DNA of 64,000 nucleotides. Origin: an uncultured Pelagibacteraceae bacterium. Lineage in GTDB: Bacteria; Pseudomonadota; Alphaproteobacteria; Pelagibacterales; Pelagibacteraceae. The position numbers and the translations under genes are program-made. Numbering within the stretch: position 1 is the stretch's first letter; each line of letters starts with the position of its first letter. Under the pieces are notes generated by a model, which was given only the letters and a program-made list of their open reading frames with translations, did not search any database and was not told the origin of the DNA. The stretch covers positions 9,599 to 73,598 of the forward strand of contig CACAWX010000003.1 of assembly GCA_902536305.1 (NCBI GenBank). Direction: 5' to 3'. This document shows positions 1-9,156 of the stretch, one piece after another.

Positions 1-172
1 CCAAGCTATGTCAGAAATTGGAGACGATAAAACAGAACCAGGGACAATCCTACAAGAACTACAAGCGGGTTATATGTTAGCTGGTAGATTGCTAAGACCC
101 TCTTTAGTGAGTGTGTCAAAGAAAGAATCACCGAAAGACGAAGGAAATAAAGATAAAAAAGAGGCAAAATAA
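1..172 (+). CDS. grpE: Nucleotide exchange factor GrpE, 3' part (truncated by window edge)
   Basis: Frame from nt 2 reads QAMSEIGDDKTEPGTILQELQAGYMLAGRLLRPSLVSVSKK..., stop TAA 170-172; typical GrpE C-terminus, directly upstream of dnaK. Confidence 0.92.
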   Translation, partial: QAMSEIGDDKTEPGTILQELQAGYMLAGRLLRPSLVSVSKKESPKDEGNKDKKEAK

Positions 173-173
173 C

Positions 174-201
174 CTTGTAGAAACAGAAAAAACACCCATA
201 T
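174..201 (+). promoter_or_regulatory. RpoH (sigma32)-type promoter of dnaK
   Basis: CTTG(174-177)-N17-CCCATAT(195-201), matching the alphaproteobacterial RpoH consensus; AAGGA RBS before ATG 227. Confidence 0.75.
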
Positions 202-226
202 AGAAACTAACATAAGGAATTAAATA

Positions 227-2167
227 ATGAGCAAAGTAATAGGAATAGATTTAGGAACTACAAATTCATGTGTAGCCATAATGGATGGCTCGCAAGCTAA
301 AGTTTTAGAGAATGCTGAAGGGGCAAGAACTACACCTTCAGTAGTAGCTTTTTTAGAAAATGATGAAAAGCTGGTAGGACAACCAGCAAAAAGACAGGCT
401 GTTACTAATGCGCAAGATACTATCTTCGCTGCCAAAAGATTAATTGGTAGAAACTTTGAAGATGAAACTGTCAAAAAAGATATAAATAAAGTTCCATTTA
501 AAATTATTAAATCAGAAAAGAATGAAGCTTGGGTAGAGGGTAAAGGTCAAAAATACTCTCCATCACAAATCTCTGCTTTTGTTTTGCAAAAAATGAAAGA
601 AACAGCTGAAAAATATTTAGGTCAAGCAGTAACAAAAGCTGTAATAACTGTACCAGCTTATTTTAACGACGCTCAAAGGCAAGCAACGAAAGATGCAGGG
701 AAAATAGCTGGTCTTGAAGTTTTAAGAATAATTAATGAACCAACAGCAGCGGCACTAGCTTACGGGCTTGATAAAAAAAATGGTCAAAAAATTGCGGTAT
801 ACGATTTAGGTGGTGGTACTTTCGATGTATCGATTCTTGAAATTGGAGATGGTGTATTTGAAGTTAAATCAACTAATGGTGATACTTTCTTAGGTGGTGA
901 GGATTTCGATGATAAAATTGTAGATTACCTTATTGATGAATTTAAAAAAGATAATGGAATTGATTTAAGAAATGATAAATTAGCATTACAAAGATTAAAA
1001 GAAGCAGCAGAAAAAGCTAAGATTGAACTTTCATCTGCAGCTCAAACTGAGATCAATCTTCCATTTATTACCGCTGATAAGACAGGTCCAAAACATGTGA
1101 ATTTAAAATTCACTAGAGCAAAATTGGAGGCTTTAGTGTCTGATCTTATTGAGAGAACTTTAGAGCCATGTAAAACGGCTTTAAAAGACTCTGGTTTTTC
1201 TGCTGCTGAAATCAATGAAGTAGTTTTAGTAGGGGGAATGACTAGAATGCCAAAAATTATAGAAACGGTCAAAAATTTTTTTGGTAAAGAACCAAATAAG
1301 AGTGTGAACCCAGATGAGGTTGTTGCAATGGGCGCAGCAATTCAAGCAGGTGTTTTACAAGGTGATGTTAAGGACGTATTATTATTAGATGTAACTCCTT
1401 TATCACTTGGTATTGAAACATTAGGTGGTGTATCAACAAAATTAATTGAAAAGAATACAACTATTCCAACTAAGAAAAGCCAGGTTTTCTCTACTGCAGA
1501 GGATAATCAACCAGCGGTATCAATTAGAGTTCTTCAAGGTGAAAGAGAGATGGCAGCAGACAATAAAATTTTAGGAAACTTTGAGTTAGTAGGTATTCCT
1601 CCTGCCGCAAGAGGCACGCCTCAAATTGAAGTTACTTTTGATATTGATGCAAATGGTATCGTTAATGTTTCTGCAAAAGACAAAGGCACTGGTAAAGAGC
1701 AGAAAATACAAATTCAAGCTTCTGGTGGTTTATCCGAAGAGGAAATTAATAAAATGGTAAAAGAAGCTGAAGCTAATAAAGAGGCTGACAAAAAGAAAAG
1801 AGAGTCAGTTGATGCTAGAAACCAAGCTGACAGCTTAGTTTTTTCTACAGAAAAAAGTTTAAAAGAGCACGGTGATAAAATCTCAGACGAAGAAAAGAAA
1901 GCCATAGAAAATGGTATTGCCGATCTTAAAAAATCTCTAGAAGGAACTGACGCAGAAGATATTAAGAAGAAAACACAAAGTTTAATTCAAGTTTCTATGA
2001 AGTTAGGTGAAGCAGTTTATAAGAGCCAACAAAAACCTGAAGCAGGTAAAGCTGAGGGTGCAAAAGAAGCAAAAACTAATGATAAAGATAATGTAGTAGA
2101 TGCTGATTTTGAAGATATAAAAGAAAAAGAAGATAATAAAGAAGAAGATAAAGAAAAAAGCGCCTAA
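227..2167 (+). CDS. dnaK: Chaperone DnaK (Hsp70)
   Basis: [20 protein letters not shown] and [11 protein letters not shown] motifs; 646 aa. Confidence 0.99.
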   Translation: MSKVIGIDLGTTNSCVAIMDGSQAKVLENAEGARTTPSVVAFLENDEKLVGQPAKRQAVTNAQDTIFAAKRLIGRNFEDETVKKDINKVPFKIIKSEKNEAWVEGKGQKYSPSQISAFVLQKMKETAEKYLGQAVTKAVITVPAYFNDAQRQATKDAGKIAGLEVLRIINEPTAAALAYGLDKKNGQKIAVYDLGGGTFDVSILEIGDGVFEVKSTNGDTFLGGEDFDDKIVDYLIDEFKKDNGIDLRNDKLALQRLKEAAEKAKIELSSAAQTEINLPFITADKTGPKHVNLKFTRAKLEALVSDLIERTLEPCKTALKDSGFSAAEINEVVLVGGMTRMPKIIETVKNFFGKEPNKSVNPDEVVAMGAAIQAGVLQGDVKDVLLLDVTPLSLGIETLGGVSTKLIEKNTTIPTKKSQVFSTAEDNQPAVSIRVLQGEREMAADNKILGNFELVGIPPAARGTPQIEVTFDIDANGIVNVSAKDKGTGKEQKIQIQASGGLSEEEINKMVKEAEANKEADKKKRESVDARNQADSLVFSTEKSLKEHGDKISDEEKKAIENGIADLKKSLEGTDAEDIKKKTQSLIQVSMKLGEAVYKSQQKPEAGKAEGAKEAKTNDKDNVVDADFEDIKEKEDNKEEDKEKSA

Positions 2168-2186
2168 GAAATAAAGGAGACGTCCT

Positions 2187-3308
2187 GTGGCTAAAAGAGA
2201 TTGTTATGATGTCTTAGGTGTAACTAAATCTGCATCTAAAGAAGATATTAAAAAAGCATATAGAAAACTCGCACTAAAATATCATCCAGATAAAACTAAG
2301 GGCGATAAGACTTCAGAAGAAAAATTTAAAGAAGCAAGTGAAGCTTATCATATTCTCTCTGATGAAAAGAGAAAAGCTAATTATGATCAGTTTGGACATG
2401 CGGCTTTTGAAGGAGCTGGAGGTGGAGGACAAGGCTTTGGGGGTTTTGATACTTCTTCTTTCTCAGATATTTTTGAAGATTTTTTTGGTGACTTTGGTGG
2501 AGGCAGCACCTCAAGAAGGTCTAGTAATAGAGGTAACGACCTAAGATATGATGTAAATATAAATTTAGAGGACGCTTATCAGGGTATTCAAAAAGAAGTA
2601 AAATATACAACTTATAAATCCTGCTTATCTTGCTCTGGGAGTGGGGCAGCTAAAGGATCTAAACCTGTAAGATGTGATTACTGTTCTGGAAGAGGCAAAG
2701 TAAGAACTAACCAGGGGTTTTTTACTGTTCAACAAACATGCCCACAGTGCAGTGGTTATGGGGAAATGATTGGTAGTCCATGTAATAAATGTAATGGAAA
2801 TGGAAAAGTCCAAGCAAACGAAAATGTTACAGTAAAAATTCCAAAAGGTGTTGATGATGGTACAAGAATTAGAGTTTCTGGAAAAGGTGAAGCTGGATCT
2901 AAAGGCGGCTCTAGTGGAGACCTATATTTATTTATTTCAGTCGACAATCATGAAATTTTTAAAAGATCAGAAGAAAATTTATATTACGAATTACCTATTT
3001 CTTTTACAAACGCAGCACTTGGGACTTCTGTCGAGGTTCCTTCGATTGACGGAGGAAAGTCCAAAATTAAAATTCCTTCAGGAACTCAGCACGGTAAGCA
3101 ATTTAGGCTAAAAGGTAAGGGGATGCCGATATTGAGAAGAAATTTATTTGGTGATTTGTATATAAGAATAAACACTCAAGTACCAAATTCTTTATCAAAA
3201 AGGCAAAGAGAAATTCTCGAAGAATTTGGAGAAATTGAAAAAAATAAACCTGATCCAATTATAAAGAATTTCTTTGAAAAGGCTAAAAAGTTTTGGAAAA
3301 GTTCATAA
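2187..3308 (+). CDS. dnaJ: Chaperone DnaJ
   Basis: J domain with HPD, G/F-rich region, four CxxCxGxG repeats; GTG start with AGGAG RBS. Confidence 0.99.
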   Translation: MAKRDCYDVLGVTKSASKEDIKKAYRKLALKYHPDKTKGDKTSEEKFKEASEAYHILSDEKRKANYDQFGHAAFEGAGGGGQGFGGFDTSSFSDIFEDFFGDFGGGSTSRRSSNRGNDLRYDVNINLEDAYQGIQKEVKYTTYKSCLSCSGSGAAKGSKPVRCDYCSGRGKVRTNQGFFTVQQTCPQCSGYGEMIGSPCNKCNGNGKVQANENVTVKIPKGVDDGTRIRVSGKGEAGSKGGSSGDLYLFISVDNHEIFKRSEENLYYELPISFTNAALGTSVEVPSIDGGKSKIKIPSGTQHGKQFRLKGKGMPILRRNLFGDLYIRINTQVPNSLSKRQREILEEFGEIEKNKPDPIIKNFFEKAKKFWKSS

Positions 3309-3313
3309 CATAA

Positions 3314-3484
3314 ATGGATACCAGTCAAATAATATCGTCAATTTTTTTGATTGCAGTATTAATTTTGATTTTACCAAATTTTCTCTCTACGAATAATAAG
3401 TTAAAAGAATTTTTAAGAAATTTATCCATTTGGGCTATAATTACTTTAGTTATTATAGTAATCATATACTTTGTAAGTGGATGA
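3314..3484 (+). CDS. Small two-helix membrane protein, 56 aa (not in ORF track)
   Basis: MDTSQIISSIFLIAVLILILPNFLSTNNKLKEFLRNLSIWAIITLVIIVIIYFVSG; fills the dnaJ-dapB gap; stop overlaps dapB start (ATGA). Confidence 0.75.
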   Translation: MDTSQIISSIFLIAVLILILPNFLSTNNKLKEFLRNLSIWAIITLVIIVIIYFVSG

Positions 3485-4257
3485 AAAAAATTAATTTATC
3501 AATTTCTGGGTGTATGGGAAGGATGGGTCAACAACTTATCAAATCCTCAAAAATAAACAAAAATTTTAAGTTAATATCCTTAACCGAGTATAAAATTTTA
3601 AATAAACGAATTTTAGGAATAAGACCAACAACTAATAACGAAGAAGCGTTCAAAAAAACTAATGTAATAATCGATTTCACTGTTCCTAAATGTACAATTG
3701 AAATTTTAAAAATAGCTTCAAAATTAAAAAAAAGAGTAGTGATTGGAACTACAGGTTTTTCAAAAAAAGATGAAGTTTTGATAAAAAAATTCTCAAAAAA
3801 AATTCCTATTCTTAAAGCTGGAAATATGAGTTTAGGTGTAAATTTATTAATGTATTTAACTGAAATTACCTCTAAGTCTCTAGGTAAAAATTTTTTGAGT
3901 AAAATTTATGAAGTCCACCACAAACATAAAATTGACTATCCATCCGGTACAGCATTGATGTTAGGTAAAGGGGTGGCGGATGGTCAAAATAAGAATTTAG
4001 GTTATTTAATGGGAAAAAAATACTTAAACAAAAAATCGTTTCCATACTCAAAAAAAATTAATTTTAATTCAATTAGAAAAGGCGAAGTGATAGGTGAACA
4101 CGAAGTAAAATTTTCAAGTGGTAAAGAAATAATAACTCTTAATCATGAGTCTTTTGATAGAGCTTTATATTCCGAAGGTGCTTTAACTGCTGCCGCTTGG
4201 TTAATGTCTAAAAAAGCTGGTCTTTATTCTATGCGCGACTTGCTAAACTTTAAGTGA
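3481..4257 (+). CDS. dapB: 4-hydroxy-tetrahydrodipicolinate reductase
   Basis: GCMGRMG, IDFT, VIGTTG, EVHHKHKIDYPSGTA; ATG 3481 preferred over the track's TTG 3430. Confidence 0.96.
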   Translation: MKKINLSISGCMGRMGQQLIKSSKINKNFKLISLTEYKILNKRILGIRPTTNNEEAFKKTNVIIDFTVPKCTIEILKIASKLKKRVVIGTTGFSKKDEVLIKKFSKKIPILKAGNMSLGVNLLMYLTEITSKSLGKNFLSKIYEVHHKHKIDYPSGTALMLGKGVADGQNKNLGYLMGKKYLNKKSFPYSKKINFNSIRKGEVIGEHEVKFSSGKEIITLNHESFDRALYSEGALTAAAWLMSKKAGLYSMRDLLNFK

Positions 4258-4907
4258 ACAATAAGGAAAAGGTCAAAATTATATCTAGGATATTAAATAA
4301 AACTTATCCTAAAATTTCTATACCATTAAATTATAAAAATATTTTCACTCTTTTAGTTTCTGTTTTACTTTCAGCACAATGCACAGATGTAAATGTTAAT
4401 AATGTGACAAAAGATATTTATCCGAAATATAATAAACCTGAACATTTTGTAAAACTTGGAAGAAAAAAAATAGAGAGATTAATTAAAAGAATTGGAATAT
4501 TTAGAGTAAAAGCAAAAAGTATTTTTTACTTATCGAAAACTTTAGTTGAAAAATATAAAAGTAAAGTACCAAATACATACGAAGAATTAGAAAAATTACC
4601 TGGTGTCGGTCATAAAACCGCGAGCGTTGTGATGTCACAAGGTTTTGGTTTTCCTGCGTTCCCAGTAGATACACACATTCATAGATTGGCTCAGAGATGG
4701 GGTTTAACTAGTGGAAAAAATGTTATTCAAACTGAAAAGGATTTAAAAGAAGTTTTTCCGAAAAAAAACTGGAATAAACTTCATCTACAAATAATTTGGT
4801 ATGGACGAGAACATTGTAAAGCCCGAGATTGTTTTGGAATAACTTGTAAAATTTGCAAAAGCTGTTATCCCAATAGAAAAAAACCCATTAAAACAAAAAA
4901 AGCTTAA
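4254..4907 (+). CDS. nth: Endonuclease III
   Basis: LLSAQCTD, HhH motif LPGVGHKTA, PVDTHIHR, C-terminal Cys cluster. Confidence 0.96.
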   Translation: MNNKEKVKIISRILNKTYPKISIPLNYKNIFTLLVSVLLSAQCTDVNVNNVTKDIYPKYNKPEHFVKLGRKKIERLIKRIGIFRVKAKSIFYLSKTLVEKYKSKVPNTYEELEKLPGVGHKTASVVMSQGFGFPAFPVDTHIHRLAQRWGLTSGKNVIQTEKDLKEVFPKKNWNKLHLQIIWYGREHCKARDCFGITCKICKSCYPNRKKPIKTKKA

Positions 4908-5837
4908 ATGAAAATCTTAGGAATTGGTAATGCCATCGTTGACGTAATTTGTAAAGTAGAAGACAAATTTATCACTCAGAATAATTTAACAAAAAGCACA
5001 ATGAAGCTTGTAGATGAAGCTGAATTTAAAAAACTTTTATCTTCCCTTAAAATAGAGGAAACAGTTTCAGGTGGTTCTGTAGCAAACTCAATAGTAGGTC
5101 TATCACAACTTGGAAATAAAGTGGGTTTTATTGGCAAAGTTAGCGATGATAATTTGGGTAATAAGTATGAAGAAGGTTTAAAAAAAGAAAAAGTAGAGTT
5201 CTTTTATTCAAAGAAAAAAGAAACAATACCAACTGGAACTTGTTTAATATTAATTACGCCAGACTCTGAAAGAACAATGGTAACTTTTCTTGGAACTGCA
5301 GGAAAAATTAATGAAAATGATATTAATACAAATGCAGTGAAGGGTAGTGAAATTTTATTTCTTGAAGGATATCTTTGGGATGAAGGCGAGCCAAAGAGAG
5401 CTTTTGAAAAAGCTATAAATAATGCAAATAAAGTCGCAATGTCATTATCAGACTTATTTTGCGTAGAAAGACATAAACCTCACTTTTTAGATCTAGTTAA
5501 AAATAAATTAGATATAACTTTTGCAAACGAACAAGAAATTATGTCTTTAATTGATGCCAAAAAATTTGAAGAAGTAATTAATTTTGCTAAAGAGATAAAT
5601 AAGTTAATTGTGATTACTCGTGGAGATAAAGGAGCGGTTGCAATAAATGAAAATGATATTGCGGAGTGCTCTGCCAAAAGCAATCTCAAAATTAAAGATT
5701 TAACGGGCGCCGGAGATTTATTTGCAGGTGGTTTTTTGCACGGATTAATAAATAATAAATCTTCAAAGGAAAGTTTAGAAATCGGAACAGAAATGTCTTC
5801 AAAAGTAATTCAAATAATTGGAGCAAGACTTAATTGA
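4908..5837 (+). CDS. PfkB-family sugar/adenosine kinase
   Basis: GIGNAIVD, GGSVANS, DLTGAGDLFAGG. Confidence 0.92.
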   Translation: MKILGIGNAIVDVICKVEDKFITQNNLTKSTMKLVDEAEFKKLLSSLKIEETVSGGSVANSIVGLSQLGNKVGFIGKVSDDNLGNKYEEGLKKEKVEFFYSKKKETIPTGTCLILITPDSERTMVTFLGTAGKINENDINTNAVKGSEILFLEGYLWDEGEPKRAFEKAINNANKVAMSLSDLFCVERHKPHFLDLVKNKLDITFANEQEIMSLIDAKKFEEVINFAKEINKLIVITRGDKGAVAINENDIAECSAKSNLKIKDLTGAGDLFAGGFLHGLINNKSSKESLEIGTEMSSKVIQIIGARLN

Positions 5838-6739
5838 TAAAATATATAACAATTTTTTTTTATTTAATTTTTCTTAATGTTTCGGCTACAGAATACTTAA
5901 AATTTAATAGTACTGATCAAAAATTTCCAAATCATTCGGAAGTCTTAGTAGAAATTTCTTTTCCAAAAAAAACTGCAGGAAAATTACCTTTAATTATAAC
6001 TCAACATGGTAGCACGAGGGATGGCAAAAAAATTCAAGATGGAGCAACTGATGAATATTCAACAAGAATTATAAAAGAAGGAACTAAACAGGGCTTTGCA
6101 GTTGCTGCAATTGATGCTTTCTACAAAAAACCTGTTACAGCAAATGAAAAAACACGTTTTCCAGATGCTTTAAATTACGCAAATGAATTAAGAAAAATTT
6201 TAATTAAAGATGAAAGATTTGATAAAGAAAGATTTTTTTATACGGGTTTTAGTTACGGTGCTCAACAGGTACTAAAAACAATTGGAGCTCCTTATAATAA
6301 TAACAATCCAAATGCCTGGAAAGCTGTAGCTTCGGCTGAACCAGGATGTAATTTATTTCAAAAGCCAGTTAAATTAAACTTTCCAGTTCTAATTATAAAA
6401 GGAGAAGAAAGTCATTATTACGTTGAACCATGTAGAATCCTTGAACAAGAATTATTAAAAGAAGGTAACAAAGTAGAACTCGTTAATATTCCCAAAGCCA
6501 ATCACTTTTTTAGTACTAAAGGTGAAATTGTTCAAGGTGTTGCAGTTAATGGATGCCGGTATGATCCTGTAGTCAGAATGCCAAACGGCTCTTTTCGATT
6601 ACATAGTGGAGCTGAAATATCAAGAAAAGAAGCAAGGAAAAAATGTTTTACTAAAGAAAGTGGCAAAGGTAAAAATAGAAAAAAATTAAATGAAGCAGTT
6701 AATTTAACTATTACTTTTTTTAAGGATAATCTGAATTAG
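5834..6739 (+). CDS. Secreted alpha/beta hydrolase (dienelactone-hydrolase-like)
   Basis: N-terminal signal peptide, PLIITQHGS, nucleophile elbow GFSYG, late His (ANHFF). Confidence 0.7.
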   Translation: MIKYITIFFYLIFLNVSATEYLKFNSTDQKFPNHSEVLVEISFPKKTAGKLPLIITQHGSTRDGKKIQDGATDEYSTRIIKEGTKQGFAVAAIDAFYKKPVTANEKTRFPDALNYANELRKILIKDERFDKERFFYTGFSYGAQQVLKTIGAPYNNNNPNAWKAVASAEPGCNLFQKPVKLNFPVLIIKGEESHYYVEPCRILEQELLKEGNKVELVNIPKANHFFSTKGEIVQGVAVNGCRYDPVVRMPNGSFRLHSGAEISRKEARKKCFTKESGKGKNRKKLNEAVNLTITFFKDNLN

Positions 6740-6842
6740 TTTTTTTTCTTTTAAAACTTCCTTTGCCTTTTTTTGGTTTTACCACTCTTTTTCTGTACTT
6801 AGCTGTGTGAAGATCTTTTGCTATCTTATTTCTTTTTTTCAC
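6720..6842 (-). CDS. arfA: ArfA-like alternative ribosome rescue factor, 40 aa (not in ORF track)
   Basis: GTG 6842 to TAA 6720: MKKRNKIAKDLHTAKYRKRVVKPKKGKGSFKRKKTNSDYP; KKGKGS[FY]xRK signature of ArfA; GTGA overlap with upstream stop. Confidence 0.75.
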   Translation of the reverse strand: MKKRNKIAKDLHTAKYRKRVVKPKKGKGSFKRKKTNSDYP

Positions 6843-7444
6843 AGATAATAACCATCTTTATTATTTGAAATAAACTTGTCATCTTTAAATTTTTCAATAA
6901 TTTTTTTTCTTAATCTGTATATGTGCGTTTCAACGGTATGAGTATCTGCATCAGATGCGTAGTTCCACACTGATGATAAAATATCATCTTTTGATATTGG
7001 TTTTTTTTTACCTAAAAATAATTCAATTAGTTGGACTTCTTTTTCTGTGAGAATTATAAAATTATCAAAGTTGAAAAGTTTTTTTTCGTTTTTATTTAAC
7101 AGGTAATCTTTAACTTTAATTGAAGAATTTATGCTGAACTTTTTTTTCGCTGCAATATTTTCTACTGCAGCATTAATTTCTTTTATAGAAGATGGTAACT
7201 CCAAAAAGGCATCATAAGTGCTTGACATATCCTTTTTTTTACCTACACAAATTTTTATAGTATTGCTTTTATCAATAAAATCTTTTTGTTTTTTTATTTG
7301 TAAAACATCGACATGGAAAAGAGTAATATTGGGATTTTCGGTCGTATCTTCTGGTAATGGATTAAACTTTAAAAACATCTTAAGTTCATTTAAAGTTGAG
7401 TAAAAAGATGAAGGACCTAAAACTAAAACATTTAAATTGTGCAT
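6839..7444 (-). CDS. cenR: CenR-like OmpR/PhoB winged-helix regulator with degenerate receiver domain
   Basis: LTEKE...VWNY...THTVETHIYRLRKKI; neighbours (L,D-transpeptidase, yggS, thiE-like, DUF3576, leuS) match the Caulobacter cenR region as I recall it. Confidence 0.7.
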   Translation of the reverse strand: MHNLNVLVLGPSSFYSTLNELKMFLKFNPLPEDTTENPNITLFHVDVLQIKKQKDFIDKSNTIKICVGKKKDMSSTYDAFLELPSSIKEINAAVENIAAKKKFSINSSIKVKDYLLNKNEKKLFNFDNFIILTEKEVQLIELFLGKKKPISKDDILSSVWNYASDADTHTVETHIYRLRKKIIEKFKDDKFISNNKDGYYL

Positions 7445-7939
7445 ATAAAAATTACTAAAAATTACTTATCCTTTGATGACTATAAAGTAAAATGTTCCGT
7501 AGGTAAAAGGGGAATTGGCTTCAAGAGAAGAGAGGGCGATCTAAAAACGCCTATAGGAAGATATAAAATTAATTATATTTTATATAGAAAAGATAGGGTT
7601 AAAAAAATTCAAACTCAAATAAAGAAATTTGAAATAAAAAAAAATATGGGATGGTGTGACGATCCTAGATCGAAAAAATATAATAAACTCATTAGGTTAC
7701 CGTTTTTTTATAAATACGAGAAACTTTATAGAAAAGAAAATATCTACGATATTATACTAGTTTTAAATTACAATATGAATCCTATTATTAAAAATAAAGG
7801 TAGTGCAATTTTTATTCATGTAACAAAAAAAAACTATAAAAGTACTGAAGGATGCATAGCGTTAAAAAAGATACACCTGCTTCAAATTTTAAAAAGCTTA
7901 AAGAAAAGCTCTAAAGTTAAGATCTTGAACCAAAAATAG
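7439..7939 (+). CDS. L,D-transpeptidase (YkuD-like) family protein
   Basis: KRREGDLKTPIG, GWCDDP, GSAIFIH...TEGCIAL catalytic His/Cys motif. Confidence 0.9.
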   Translation: MHIKITKNYLSFDDYKVKCSVGKRGIGFKRREGDLKTPIGRYKINYILYRKDRVKKIQTQIKKFEIKKNMGWCDDPRSKKYNKLIRLPFFYKYEKLYRKENIYDIILVLNYNMNPIIKNKGSAIFIHVTKKNYKSTEGCIALKKIHLLQILKSLKKSSKVKILNQK

Positions 7940-8567
7940 AACTTCCTATTCTAACAAAATTTGATCCATGTTTTATAGCTTCTATATAATCGGCTGACAT
8001 CCCCATGCTCATATTTTGAAGAGCTAATGATTTATTTAATTCATTTAATAATTTAAAATATTTATCAGCACTTTGATCTATAGGAGGTATTACCATTAAA
8101 CCTATAACTTTAAGATTTATTTCATTAACACAATAATTATAAAAGGCGTCTAATTCATTTACTGGTATTCCTGATTTTTGTATTTCATTAGCTATATTCA
8201 CCTGAATAAAATACTCTAAATTTTTGTTTAAGATTTTTTGATGTTTAGCAAGTGCATCAGCAAGTTTTTGATTATCTACCGAGTGAATATAGTCAAAAAG
8301 TTTTACTGCATCCTTTGCTTTATTACTTTGCAATTTACCAATCATATGTAAACGTAAGTTTTTATTTTTTTTTTTCTCTTCTGACCATTTTGCTGAAGCT
8401 TCTTGTACTTTATTTTCTCCAAAATGAGGGTGACCATAATCTATTAAAGGCTGAATATGATCTAGGGAAAATGTTTTACTCACAGCAATGATATTTACTG
8501 GTTTATCAGAATTTGACGAAGTAATATTCGATTGTATTTTTTTAAATCTTTCAACTATTGTATTCAT
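7917..8567 (-). CDS. yggS: PLP homeostasis protein YggS
   Basis: IIAVSKT, FGENKVQE, HMIGKLQSNK, SMGMSADY, VRIGSSIFG. Confidence 0.97.
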   Translation of the reverse strand: MNTIVERFKKIQSNITSSNSDKPVNIIAVSKTFSLDHIQPLIDYGHPHFGENKVQEASAKWSEEKKKNKNLRLHMIGKLQSNKAKDAVKLFDYIHSVDNQKLADALAKHQKILNKNLEYFIQVNIANEIQKSGIPVNELDAFYNYCVNEINLKVIGLMVIPPIDQSADKYFKLLNELNKSLALQNMSMGMSADYIEAIKHGSNFVRIGSSIFGSRS

Positions 8568-9140
8568 ATGTTCATCATAAAAAATAAATATTTTCTACTA
8601 ATTGAAAATATCAAAGATATTGATTTAAAAAACATAAAAATACGTGATAAATTTTCTATAATTTATAGAAATAATAAAAAAATCGACAAATTAAGTGAGT
8701 TATTGAATTTTAAACAAAAATGTAAATTAAAAGGAATCAAATTTTATATAGCTAATAATGTTAGATTAGCTTTATCTGCAAATTGCGATGGTGTTTATAT
8801 TTCGTCCTTCAACAAAGATTTAAAATATTTAAATTATAAAAAAAAAAACTTTAAAATCATAGGTTCAGCGCATTCCTTTAAAGAAATCTCATTAAAAATT
8901 AAACAAGGTTGTAGTTCAATTCTGTTATCTAAATTATTTATGGTTAATTATGCTTCAAAAGCTCCATATCTGGGCGTGATTAAATTTAATACTATTGCGA
9001 GGATGTCAAACAGAATAATTCCCTTAGGCGGAATCAAGGCCGATAATTTAAATCAATTAAAAAATGTTTTTAGTGAAGGTCTTGCACTTTTATCTGAAGT
9101 AAAAAAAAAGCCGGCTAAAATATTTAGCCGGCTTTTATAA
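8568..9140 (+). CDS. Thiamine-phosphate synthase-like (TMP-TENI) protein
   Basis: IANN...DGVYI, IIGSAHS, IPLGGI; ATG 8568 preferred over TTG 8532; usual neighbour of yggS. Confidence 0.75.
   Translation: MFIIKNKYFLLIENIKDIDLKNIKIRDKFSIIYRNNKKIDKLSELLNFKQKCKLKGIKFYIANNVRLALSANCDGVYISSFNKDLKYLNYKKKNFKIIGSAHSFKEISLKIKQGCSSILLSKLFMVNYASKAPYLGVIKFNTIARMSNRIIPLGGIKADNLNQLKNVFSEGLALLSEVKKKPAKIFSRLL
9101..9136 (-). terminator. Rho-independent terminator of the porin gene (possibly bidirectional)
   Basis: AAAAGCCGGCTAAA-ATA-TTTAGCCGGCTTTT hairpin with T9 tract on - strand; lies within the last codons of the convergent gene. Confidence 0.85.
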
Positions 9141-9156
9141 TTTGCTATTTAACTAA

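Noticed and set aside
3430-3480. N-terminal extension of DapB from TTG 3430
   Set aside because: Overlaps the 56-aa membrane ORF; ATG 3481 gives a normal DapB start.
5829-6739. Shared 'LN-stop' ends of the kinase, hydrolase and GIY-YIG genes as a common insertion signature
   Set aside because: Only 6-9 matching AT-rich bases; cannot be distinguished from chance.
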